DNA of 35,219 bases. It comes from a virus (Duplodnaviria > Caudoviricetes). Shown in pieces: positions 8,207-16,243 of this stretch (position 1 is its first letter; each line of letters starts with the position of its first letter). The stretch is taken from positions 1-35,219 of IMG/VR virus record IMGVR_UViG_3300013005_000095. One strand, 5' to 3'. A program made the translations under genes and the position numbers. The notes beneath the pieces were generated by a model, which did no database searches, was not told where the DNA came from, and saw nothing but the letters and a program-made list of their open reading frames with translations.

Positions 8207-8533
8207 ATGTCAGCACCTAATCTAAGAACAGAAGCGGCAGCAGCCGGTAATTACCCAGAACAACGTTTTAACCAGCGTGAACGCAAGATGCTTCAGTCTG
8301 TAGCAGAATATGCACAGGCAGGTAAGCATCAGACTGCAGGCGGCGACGCTACGGAAGTTATTTCTGTACCCGGCGCTACGTCGGCAGACATTGCGCTTGT
8401 TACTCTGCAGACTGCAGGAGCAGTTCCACGCACGGTTCTAAGAGCCGCTGCAGGTACCGACTCTATCACAGTTACATTGAGCGGCGATCCTTCAACAGAT
8501 CACGTTCTTTGCTGGGCATTGATTAAAGGATAA
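8207..8533 (+). CDS. small virion protein, possibly head decoration
   Basis: 108 aa, Ala/Thr/Gly-rich beta domain, first gene after capsid, SD AAAGGA. Confidence 0.55.
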   Translation: MSAPNLRTEAAAAGNYPEQRFNQRERKMLQSVAEYAQAGKHQTAGGDATEVISVPGATSADIALVTLQTAGAVPRTVLRAAAGTDSITVTLSGDPSTDHVLCWALIKG

Positions 8534-8549
8534 TATAACCCACCCGATG

Positions 8550-8573
8550 GCCTGCCTCCGGTGTGAGGCAGGT
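8550..8573 (+). promoter_or_regulatory. GC-rich intergenic hairpin without U-tract
   Basis: GCCTGCCTC-cggtgt-GAGGCAGGT (9 bp); CTCC at 8581-8584 could pair with the SD GGAG at 8592-8595. Confidence 0.55.
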
Positions 8574-8601
8574 ACAGGGCCTCCCTCTCTAGGAGAACGA
8601 A

Positions 8602-9813
8602 ATGGCGACAACCCTAACTCCCAACTTAAAACTTCGAGTTGACAGTAATCTTACTGCCAATGCGAAATATAATTTAACTCAAATCGACCTTCTCGGATCT
8701 ACCTTTCTCGTAGATTCAACCAGCACACTAAATATAAGATCGCAAACAGGAATCATTATTGATCCCAATTCTCCGGATTTAGGAGGATCGGGACAAGGTA
8801 CTGTTACGATTGGAGATATAGCTAGACAATTATCAGCTCTTACTATCTATGCAGATGAGATAGTATTAACTGGACTTCTTACGTCTTCTGAACCGATTAG
8901 AACTTCTTCTACATTGGAGCTTGATAATGGGACATATACAACGGCGTTTGCCCCGGCGGAAAGCGGGCAGACGGAAAACCTTACATTTAAGCTACCTAAT
9001 AGTTACGGGTCTGAAGACCAACTCTTGGCGACCGATGGCGAGGGTAATCTCACGTGGGTTGACTCCTCCGGCGTTGGTACAGTCACAAGTGTGGATCTTG
9101 CGGCTCCAGTCGAATTCATTGTATCAGGCAACCCGGTTACGACCGACGGCACCCTTACACTTACAAAAGCTAATCAAGCAAGTAATGAAGTCTATGCAGG
9201 CCCAGCAACAGGAGCAGCAGCAGAACCTACGTTCCGTGCTCTTGTACCTGACGATATTCCAACCTTGCCTTCGACCAAAGTTGGCTTGGGAGACGTTCCA
9301 AATGTGGACGCTACAAACCCCGCAAACATAATACAATCCAGCAGTTACAGATTTGTGACTGATACAGAAAAGTCTTCATGGAATGGTAAAGAAGATGCAG
9401 CAAATAGAGACGTACCCAATGGTTATGCACCGTTGGACGGCTCTGCATTACTTCCGACAGCTAATTTACCTCCTATAACTAATTCAGAAATTTCAGCTTC
9501 GGCAAATATTGATGTATCTAAGCTAGCAAATGGTACGGAAGATTATGTACTTACGGTATCTTCTGGAATACCGAGCTGGCAACCCGTGCCGGTCCAAGCA
9601 TATAAAACCGATTGGATTACGGCGGATGGAATCGTTAAGACGGTTGTGCATAATTTAGGCACTACTGATGTAATGATTCAACTTTTTGATAAATCTAATG
9701 GCGAGTCGATTGGTATTGACACGACGGTTAGAACAGACAATAATACTGTAGTCTTAACCGCTAGTGAAACTCCGGGAGTTTCGGGCTGGCGAATACTTAT
9801 TCTTGCAATATAG
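8602..9813 (+). CDS. tail fibre / fibre-adapter protein
   Basis: 403 aa; fibre-type segments (LATDGEGNLTWV, GTVTSVDL, VYAGPATGAAAEPTFRAL, RFVTDTEKSSWNGK, NGYAPLDGS) and a C-terminal VHNLGTTDVMIQ domain. Confidence 0.75.
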   Translation: MATTLTPNLKLRVDSNLTANAKYNLTQIDLLGSTFLVDSTSTLNIRSQTGIIIDPNSPDLGGSGQGTVTIGDIARQLSALTIYADEIVLTGLLTSSEPIRTSSTLELDNGTYTTAFAPAESGQTENLTFKLPNSYGSEDQLLATDGEGNLTWVDSSGVGTVTSVDLAAPVEFIVSGNPVTTDGTLTLTKANQASNEVYAGPATGAAAEPTFRALVPDDIPTLPSTKVGLGDVPNVDATNPANIIQSSSYRFVTDTEKSSWNGKEDAANRDVPNGYAPLDGSALLPTANLPPITNSEISASANIDVSKLANGTEDYVLTVSSGIPSWQPVPVQAYKTDWITADGIVKTVVHNLGTTDVMIQLFDKSNGESIGIDTTVRTDNNTVVLTASETPGVSGWRILILAI

Positions 9814-9826
9814 GAGTTAGATACGG

Positions 9827-10045
9827 ATGACTAATGAACAGATGCAAGCTTTGAAAAAAATTGAGCAAATGCTAAAAGAAGGTAAAATTTCCTCAGTAGG
9901 GGCTCATGCTAGGCGCAATGCTATCGGTGCAGGTATTCAAGCATTTAGAGAACAATTTCCAGATGAAGCAGATTCTGTTGCACCCAAGTCTGCACTTAAT
10001 AAAATGAAGATGCCTCCTGCGGCAGCAAAGCAGGAAGAAGAATAA
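9827..10045 (+). CDS. small hypothetical protein with KMKMP motif
   Basis: 72 aa, SD AGGAG upstream. Confidence 0.65.
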   Translation: MTNEQMQALKKIEQMLKEGKISSVGAHARRNAIGAGIQAFREQFPDEADSVAPKSALNKMKMPPAAAKQEEE

Positions 10046-10047
10046 TA

Positions 10048-10084
10048 CCCGAGGCAGGTCGGGACAAACAGCCAAACCAATGGC
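10048..10084 (+). promoter_or_regulatory. two short hairpins in leader of the 658-aa fibre gene
   Basis: CCCGA-ggcagg-TCGGG (10048-10063) and GCCA-aaccaa-TGGC (10071-10084). Confidence 0.4.
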
Positions 10085-10102
10085 ATAGAAGGAACAACGT
10101 AA

Positions 10103-12079
10103 ATGAAGTTATTTGGATCAATAAAGGAATTAGTTTCTGCCGTATTTCGTAAGAACTCACAAGAGATTACGTTGCGTCCGAATCAATCCGTAACCTATAC
10201 AGCTGCTCGAGATGTACAACTTCCTCCGGAAAATACAGACAGCGTACTTATGTCGGCCACCTCACAGGCCACAATGACTAATAAGACGTTTGATGCAAAT
10301 GGTACAGGGAACTCTCTCAGTAACGTAGAGCCTGCTGACTTTAAAACAGAACTATTAGATGCAGATAAAGCTTTGGTTAGAAATGCATCAGGTGCAGTAA
10401 TCTCTGCTAAAATTGCTAACGTTAATGTAGATAGTGCTGCAGGAATTGATGCTACTAAGATTGCAGACGGATCTGTAACTAATACAGAATTTCAATATAT
10501 AAATGCTTTGGGAAGTGCAGCAGTTGGCGTATCCGACAATCAGATTCTTACAAATAAAACAATTGATGGAGACAATAATACTTTATCTGATATAGCAATT
10601 TCTTCTCTTAAGACAGTACTTGCTGATGCCGACAAAGTAATTAGAAGAGATGCAACCGGAGCGGTTGTTTCTGGAAATTCCATACCTAACTCTTCGGCAC
10701 TTGTTACAACAGACGCATCTCAATCTCTTCTCAATAAAACAGTATCTAGTACAGCCTTGACAACAGGAGCACTTACTCTACCTGCCGGTACAGAAGCAGA
10801 GAGACCGGGAACTCCTACAAATGGAATGGTTCGATATAATAGCACTTCTGGTTCCTTCGAAGGATATGCAAATGCTGCATGGTCTGGAATTGGTGGCGGC
10901 GGTACTACTGATTTAATTAATCAAGCAAGCCATGGGTTTATTGTTGGAGACGTTCTATATATTAATGGATCTACATATACTAAGGCCCGTGCAGATTCTG
11001 CTCCAACGGCAGAAGTTGTCGGTATGGTTAGTAGATATATTGATGCCAATAATTTCGAATTAACTCTATCGGGAGAAGTAAAGGGACTAACTGGATTAGT
11101 CTCGGGAGAGATGTATTTTCTTTCTCCTACAACAGCAGGCGCAGTAACTATAACAGAGCCTACAGTTGTTGGACAAATTAGCTTACCTGTAGGTATTGCA
11201 TCTAGTACAACTACAATGTATGTAGCTCCCAAGCGTGGGGTAGTTGTTGGTTCTGCAAACGTACAGACAGTGATTCCTCTTGCAAATAATACTACTACTA
11301 CTGTACAAAACGTTTCGGCATATAGTGCAGGACAGCTTACGGGCTGGATAGAAATCAGTGCTACAACTCCACTTAGATTTTATATATCGGCACAGTTTAG
11401 TAAGAATGGAGCTGCCACGAATTGGAACCTATCCTATCAAACGTCGGGAGATACGCCCCCTACTTCCTTTAGTATGACTATTACATCGGGCGGATTGATT
11501 CAAGTAATATTACCGAGTATTACAGGATTTGTATCTTCCAGTATTAGTTATTCTCTAAATGCTCCAGCAGTTGGAACTACATTACCTCTTAGTATAGATG
11601 CCGGAAGCATTCAAACCGGAACAGTAGCTGCCGCAAGACTTCCAGAGGCAACTTATACTGTAATTGGAGCGAGCAGAAGAAATAGGATTCAGAAAAAAAC
11701 ATTAGCAGTAACAGTAACAGCTTCAAGTGGAGCAACTGTTGCTCTTCCTACTCTACAACTTAACAACTTGGTAGTAGGAAGAAATTATAGGCTTGTGATG
11801 CATGGATATTTTAGTTGCTTTGTTAACGCAACTGGAGCCGCATTTTCTGCTGTTCATAATGCGTCTCAACTGGCTCTACTCTATTATGAACCTGTCGTAG
11901 CTGGTAGTAACAGATTTATGGCTGCCAGTGCAGAACAAATATTTACTGCTGCAGCAACAACAATTACTTTTCAATTTGCAAATACAAGTGGAGCTAATGG
12001 ATGCGCTCTAGCTGGTGGACTAAGCTGGGTAATTCTAGAAGAACTAAATGGCATTGATTTAGTTACAGACTTTACTTAA
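10103..12079 (+). CDS. tail fibre protein
   Basis: 658 aa, T/S/G/A-rich; three Q-x(2-3)-[LM]-x-NKT-like repeats, LPAGTEAERP…GMVRYN…FEGY fibre module, HGFIVGD domain, beta-rich C-terminal tip. Confidence 0.8.
   Translation: MKLFGSIKELVSAVFRKNSQEITLRPNQSVTYTAARDVQLPPENTDSVLMSATSQATMTNKTFDANGTGNSLSNVEPADFKTELLDADKALVRNASGAVISAKIANVNVDSAAGIDATKIADGSVTNTEFQYINALGSAAVGVSDNQILTNKTIDGDNNTLSDIAISSLKTVLADADKVIRRDATGAVVSGNSIPNSSALVTTDASQSLLNKTVSSTALTTGALTLPAGTEAERPGTPTNGMVRYNSTSGSFEGYANAAWSGIGGGGTTDLINQASHGFIVGDVLYINGSTYTKARADSAPTAEVVGMVSRYIDANNFELTLSGEVKGLTGLVSGEMYFLSPTTAGAVTITEPTVVGQISLPVGIASSTTTMYVAPKRGVVVGSANVQTVIPLANNTTTTVQNVSAYSAGQLTGWIEISATTPLRFYISAQFSKNGAATNWNLSYQTSGDTPPTSFSMTITSGGLIQVILPSITGFVSSSISYSLNAPAVGTTLPLSIDAGSIQTGTVAAARLPEATYTVIGASRRNRIQKKTLAVTVTASSGATVALPTLQLNNLVVGRNYRLVMHGYFSCFVNATGAAFSAVHNASQLALLYYEPVVAGSNRFMAASAEQIFTAAATTITFQFANTSGANGCALAGGLSWVILEELNGIDLVTDFT
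10340..10672 (+). repeat. internal protein repeat in fibre
   Basis: KTELLDADKALVRNASGAVIS (~10340-10405) vs KTVLADADKVIRRDATGAVVS (~10607-10672). Confidence 0.7.
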
Positions 12080-12097
12080 TAGGAAGGAACTTAATAT

Positions 12098-12370
12098 ATG
12101 AAAATTAAAATACTACCCGGAGAATATATGTGGTCTGAACAGGGCTATCATGTTCTAGATTCTCGTGGATTTGCTGCAGTGGCTGCAGAAGAGTGCGAAG
12201 TAGAAGTCACTAATGAGGAGCAGCTTGCACTTATTCAATCCTATCAGGAAGAAGTTAGACCTAAACCTGTTGAAGTTGTAGAAGAACAACAAGTAGCTAC
12301 AGAAGAGCAACAGCCTGTAGCAGAAGAGCAGGCCGAGGTAGCTGTACAGGAGGAAACTACAAATGGCTAA
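12098..12370 (+). CDS. acidic hypothetical protein (possible fibre chaperone)
   Basis: 90 aa, EEQ-repeat C-terminus, SD AGGAAGGA, between fibre genes. Confidence 0.6.
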   Translation: MKIKILPGEYMWSEQGYHVLDSRGFAAVAAEECEVEVTNEEQLALIQSYQEEVRPKPVEVVEEQQVATEEQQPVAEEQAEVAVQEETTNG

Positions 12371-12959
12371 TTCAGCAATTGGAAGTCAGGCACTGACAAT
12401 GTTATCCCTTCCTTCGGGAATGCTGGTAGACTATGCTGGAACAGTAGAGCCGTCAGGATGGCTAATGTGTGATGGTAGGGCGGTAAGCCGTACAGTATAT
12501 GCTTCATTATTTTCTTCTATTGGAACTTCTTATGGCAGCGGAGATGGCAGTACTACATTTAATCTGCCAGATTTTCGAGGACGATTTGCTCGCTATAATG
12601 ACAATATGAATACCTCTGCAGGTGCGGCTGGTCGAGATTCAGGACGGGCTCACGGATCTGCTCAGAGTCAGGCAACAGCTAAGAACGGATTAACTAACTC
12701 AAGTAGTTCTGTTTCTGCGAGTGGCGGTACATCAACAGATGGAAACCACAGGCATACGGTTGATATGTGGAACTCTGGTGGCGGAGTCGGTCATCCTGCG
12801 ACAACTGCTCTGGCCGATGCGGCTGATGACTGGACTGGATACGCTGGATCTCATAGTCACAGTGTATCTGTTTCTGGAACCGCTGCCGCCCAGACAATAA
12901 CTGGCGATGCAGAAACTCGCCCAATTAACTTATCATGCAATAAGCTTATCAAGATTTAA
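12363..12959 (+). CDS. phage tail collar domain protein
   Basis: Canonical collar motif PSGWLMCDGRAVSRTVYASLF…IGTSYGSGDGSTTFNLPDFRGRF, HxH repeats (HRH, HSH) and terminal ETRPIN…IIK-like motif. Confidence 0.92.
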   Translation: MANSAIGSQALTMLSLPSGMLVDYAGTVEPSGWLMCDGRAVSRTVYASLFSSIGTSYGSGDGSTTFNLPDFRGRFARYNDNMNTSAGAAGRDSGRAHGSAQSQATAKNGLTNSSSSVSASGGTSTDGNHRHTVDMWNSGGGVGHPATTALADAADDWTGYAGSHSHSVSVSGTAAAQTITGDAETRPINLSCNKLIKI

Positions 12960-13003
12960 ATCTGGCGATTTGAAATCTAGTATAACAACGGAGGTAATTT
13001 CAA

Positions 13004-13417
13004 GTGACACAAAAAGCATTACTACAGGCAGCAAATGATGGTACTGCGGTACCGGCTGGATATGTAAATGAGGTTAGATATTCTTCAAATACAACAAACA
13101 CAAGTTCTAGCGGAGTAACAGGGCCTTCTTTAACTCTTTCTCCGGGAGTTTGGTTAGTTTCCGGGCAAATGGCTATTTCTGGTACTGGACCAACAAAAGC
13201 AACTCTTGTCGTAGAAATTGTATCTGGAGCAACTTCTCTTGCTTTTAGTCCAATTGCAAGTTATGCGGGAGGAGATGGGGCAACTATTGCTAGGTTAAAT
13301 GCATCAGGTTTAATTATTCAAGTACCTTCTAGTGGAGTAGTTAGAACTGCTGTATCACAAACTGTAGCTGCAGCATCAACCGTAGATCAGTATATATCTG
13401 CCGTAAGATTAGCGTAA
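13004..13417 (+). CDS. short fibre tip / receptor-binding-like protein
   Basis: 137 aa, GTG start with SD GGAGGT; GTAVPAGYVNE, LTLSPGVWLV and terminal AVRLA segments resemble fibre C-terminal domains. Confidence 0.65.
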   Translation: MTQKALLQAANDGTAVPAGYVNEVRYSSNTTNTSSSGVTGPSLTLSPGVWLVSGQMAISGTGPTKATLVVEIVSGATSLAFSPIASYAGGDGATIARLNASGLIIQVPSSGVVRTAVSQTVAAASTVDQYISAVRLA

Positions 13418-13418
13418 T

Positions 13419-14252
13419 ATGACTCAAGCAGAAGTCTACAAACAAAAAGCCGCAGATCCCGACTACTTCCGTAGTTCCGGAGACGGACTGCTATTTGCCT
13501 GTCTACAGGCAGTAGCCACTGATAAGGACTTTGCAATAGAAGAATACATTCGTGAGGATGGACAAGTATTCCGCAATCCGGCAATGGCTGCAGGTACCCA
13601 TAAGTTGGGACCTAGAGAATCCACTATAAGCCGAGATATGTTTACAGGTTTACTGTGCTATTGTTTACATTTTAAAAGACTAGACATTCTAGAAACAGTC
13701 TGGTCCTACGGCTGGAAACATTTCTGGAAAATGGGACAAGAGAATCAAATAATACAAATACCTGTCTGGAAATGGACACTTAGAATTAGAAACAATCGGG
13801 TATATTTTACACCCGGATTAATTATATTACTGGCCGCATTAATAGCTCATCTTCGGGGAAGACCTAAATTAGCTACTTTGCTGGTCAATATTTGGCAGCC
13901 TTTGGGTACCACGCCGGGATATCCGTCGCATCTAACAATGCTACATATCTATTTAAATCGACGACTTAGAGGAGAAACAAGTTCCTCGGAGTATAATGTG
14001 CTTCACGATATCTTAAAACATTCTCCATGCAATGCTCTAGCCCTAGCTTTATTCGGGGCCAAGCGCCGGGCACGGGAAGAACTATTGGCCCAGTGGCCAG
14101 TAGATCGCCTACCTACTATGGAAGATTGGACAGAAGAGTGGCGCACTCAGAGACAAGACGACGACTCGGGCCTAGTTAGCGGTCGCCCGGGAGACACTAG
14201 AAAACATTCTGGAGGAGACTTGCTTTTTGTTGAGCACGTATTAGCCTTATAA
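13419..14252 (+). CDS. hypothetical protein, helical and Trp/His-rich
   Basis: 277 aa, 1 nt after previous stop; hydrophobic stretch PGLIILLAALIAHL; no family recognised. Confidence 0.7.
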   Translation: MTQAEVYKQKAADPDYFRSSGDGLLFACLQAVATDKDFAIEEYIREDGQVFRNPAMAAGTHKLGPRESTISRDMFTGLLCYCLHFKRLDILETVWSYGWKHFWKMGQENQIIQIPVWKWTLRIRNNRVYFTPGLIILLAALIAHLRGRPKLATLLVNIWQPLGTTPGYPSHLTMLHIYLNRRLRGETSSSEYNVLHDILKHSPCNALALALFGAKRRAREELLAQWPVDRLPTMEDWTEEWRTQRQDDDSGLVSGRPGDTRKHSGGDLLFVEHVLAL

Positions 14253-14264
14253 GGATAACAGATT

Positions 14265-14513
14265 ATGGATAGTCGTTTCGATAGGATTGAGGAAAAATTA
14301 GACAAATTGACAGAGGTACAGACACAGATTCAGGTGGATGTCGCCGAGCATATTCGTCGAACGGCTATTGCTGAGGAAAACATTGATAAACTTTCTGAAG
14401 CATTACAACCAATTAAAACCCACGTTACTATGGTTCAGACCGTTATAACAGCATCAGCATGGGTAGTAGGAATTATTGCAGCAATTGCAACAGTTTACGG
14501 TGCACTTAAATAA
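14265..14513 (+). CDS. coiled-coil protein with C-terminal TM helix (XhlA-like/holin-like architecture)
   Basis: 82 aa: RFDRIEEKLDKL heptads then AWVVGIIAAIATVYGAL. Confidence 0.6.
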   Translation: MDSRFDRIEEKLDKLTEVQTQIQVDVAEHIRRTAIAEENIDKLSEALQPIKTHVTMVQTVITASAWVVGIIAAIATVYGALK

Positions 14514-14516
14514 ATA

Positions 14517-14545
14517 TTTACAATCTGCCCCAAAAAGGGTAGAAT
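14517..14545 (+). promoter_or_regulatory. sigma70-like internal promoter
   Basis: TTTACA (14517-14522), 17 bp, TAGAAT (14540-14545); SD AGGAGG before ATG 14568. Confidence 0.65.
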
Positions 14546-14567
14546 ATACAAGACTGTAGGAGGTCAT

Positions 14568-14846
14568 ATGATGTTAGGTAAACTTAAGAAAATGAAAATG
14601 CCGGAGTCTAAAAAGGCAGCTCCGGAAGCTGAAGCAGAAGCAGGCGAAGAAATGGCAGAAGCGGAAGCAGAAGAAATGCCGCTTGAACTTCCAGAGCTTG
14701 AGGCCGAGGAAGGCGAAGAGCTTGCTGAAGAAGGAGAAGAGATGGAAGCTGAGGGCGAAGAAATGGAGCCTCTGGATCTATCAGCACTTTCCGATGAAGA
14801 GCTTATGGCAGAACTTAAAAAACGTGGATTGATGGCGAAACTCTAA
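14568..14846 (+). CDS. highly acidic small protein with basic termini
   Basis: 92 aa, 29 Glu + 2 Asp by hand count; N-terminus LGKLKKMKMP; C-terminus LSDEELMAELKKRG. Confidence 0.8.
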   Translation: MMLGKLKKMKMPESKKAAPEAEAEAGEEMAEAEAEEMPLELPELEAEEGEELAEEGEEMEAEGEEMEPLDLSALSDEELMAELKKRGLMAKL

Positions 14847-14861
14847 TATCCGAGGCGGCCT

Positions 14862-15854
14862 ATGCCGAGGTTAAATTACACTGTTAGTAATCTCGTAGAA
14901 GAGGTTAGACAGCAGCTGGATGAGATGAATAGGGATTCTGTTTCTACGGAGGCAGACATACTCCCCACGCTCAACCGTGCTTGGGACTTTGCTGCGGATA
15001 TATTAACACGTAAATATCCAGAGCCCCTACTTAAATATACTACTCTAGATCTACAGGCTGGTGTTTTCGAATATGATATTCCAGAAGATGTTTTCGAGGA
15101 TAGAATCCTCAAGTTGGAAACAATGGTACCTGTTGGAACAGGTCGAGCTAACTATATTGAAATTCAGCGCATCAGCTACCGGGATATTACTAATTATGAA
15201 TCCGCAGCTATTAGCTCTTTTCCTCTATATTATTGCATAATCGGTAGAAAGATTCGAATTGTGCCACAACCGTCCGGCTCCTACGACGCCCGTATGTGGA
15301 TGATTAGAAATCCCGAAAAGCTAGTATTGCCTCAGGGCAAAGTTACTGTTGTAAATTCTGATCCAAATCAAAACTATATTATTGTAGATCAGGCCGACGG
15401 GAATCTTACTACACAGTCAGATCAACTAGCTTCTTATGTAAATGTAATTGATGGACAAACTGGAGAGATTAAAGGATCCCTTCAGATTCAATCTATTGTA
15501 GACAATAAAATTACATTTCGTACACATCCCGCAAGAACTACAGTATTTAATAGAGAAATTAGTACAAGCTTACAAGATATTGAAATTCAACTAGATGACT
15601 ATATATGCCCTATAGAAGGAATATGTGTCCCCTATTTCGGTCGTCCTACAAGTAATTTCCTTATTCAATATGCAGTATCTGAGATTACTCGTAAGCTCGG
15701 CGGGCAGGCAGAAACAGAAGAGACTATTCTTAAGAAATTTGAACAGCAGGTTGAGAGAACTTGGGCAGGTCGTCAGCAGGAACTTCGTGTTAAGAAAAAA
15801 TCAAATGTTTGGGGAACTAATACCCGACGTTACTGGTGGTATTGGAGTCGATAG
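14862..15854 (+). CDS. head-tail adaptor (tail tubular protein A-like)
   Basis: 330 aa; adaptor-like N-terminus (TVSNLVEEVRQQLD…ILPTLNRA), YDIPED, PLYY…IRIVPQP, FLIQYAV; upstream of the nozzle-like gene. Confidence 0.7.
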   Translation: MPRLNYTVSNLVEEVRQQLDEMNRDSVSTEADILPTLNRAWDFAADILTRKYPEPLLKYTTLDLQAGVFEYDIPEDVFEDRILKLETMVPVGTGRANYIEIQRISYRDITNYESAAISSFPLYYCIIGRKIRIVPQPSGSYDARMWMIRNPEKLVLPQGKVTVVNSDPNQNYIIVDQADGNLTTQSDQLASYVNVIDGQTGEIKGSLQIQSIVDNKITFRTHPARTTVFNREISTSLQDIEIQLDDYICPIEGICVPYFGRPTSNFLIQYAVSEITRKLGGQAETEETILKKFEQQVERTWAGRQQELRVKKKSNVWGTNTRRYWWYWSR

Positions 15855-15857
15855 AAT

Positions 15858-15983
15858 ATGGCTGTTATACAAAAAATGAAAGATAAAATGCCTTGCTGGA
15901 AAAACTACGAAATGGTAGGAATGAAAGAAGGCAAGGGCGGAAAAAAAGTACCTAACTGTGTACCTAAAAGCAAAAAAGGTTAA
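15858..15983 (+). CDS. 41-aa basic protein with CWKNY…GxK…GKKVPNCVP motif
   Basis: Own translation MAVIQKMKDKMPCWKNYEMVGMKEGKGGKKVPNCVPKSKKG; fills the gap; motif recalled from small proteins of aquatic phages. Not in the ORF track. Confidence 0.8.
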   Translation: MAVIQKMKDKMPCWKNYEMVGMKEGKGGKKVPNCVPKSKKG

Positions 15984-15991
15984 ACATATTT

Positions 15992-16240
15992 ATGGCAGTT
16001 GTTGGTAAACTAAAAGACAGAATGCCGTGTAACAAACCTCGTCGGGATGTTAAGGGCGGTAAAAAGTCTGTAGTAAAAGCTTGCGAAGACGGAGAAGAAA
16101 AGATTATCCGCTTTGGAGATGCCAATATGTCTATTAAAAAAGATAAGCCAGAGCGCCGTAAATCATTTAGGGCCCGTCATAAATGTGATGAAAAAAAATC
16201 TAAATTATCAGCGGGCTATTGGTCCTGTAAGGCTTGGTGA
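15992..16240 (+). CDS. basic small phage protein with FGD…RRKSFRARHxC…YWSC..W motif
   Basis: 82 aa; motif recalled as a widespread phage family of unknown function. Confidence 0.8.
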   Translation: MAVVGKLKDRMPCNKPRRDVKGGKKSVVKACEDGEEKIIRFGDANMSIKKDKPERRKSFRARHKCDEKKSKLSAGYWSCKAW

Positions 16241-16243
16241 TTT

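Noticed and set aside
7938-8533. Readthrough or frameshift fusion of capsid to the 108-aa protein
   Set aside because: The capsid frame stops again at 8037-8039 and the 108-aa frame has TAA at 8201-8203 just before its ATG; no slippery heptamer at the capsid end.
8550-8573. Rho-independent terminator
   Set aside because: Strong stem but no U-tract on either strand; kept only as a regulatory hairpin.
10103-13417. Diversity-generating retroelement or invertible fibre cassette
   Set aside because: No reverse transcriptase or invertase, no template/variable repeat pair seen, and all fibre genes are co-oriented.
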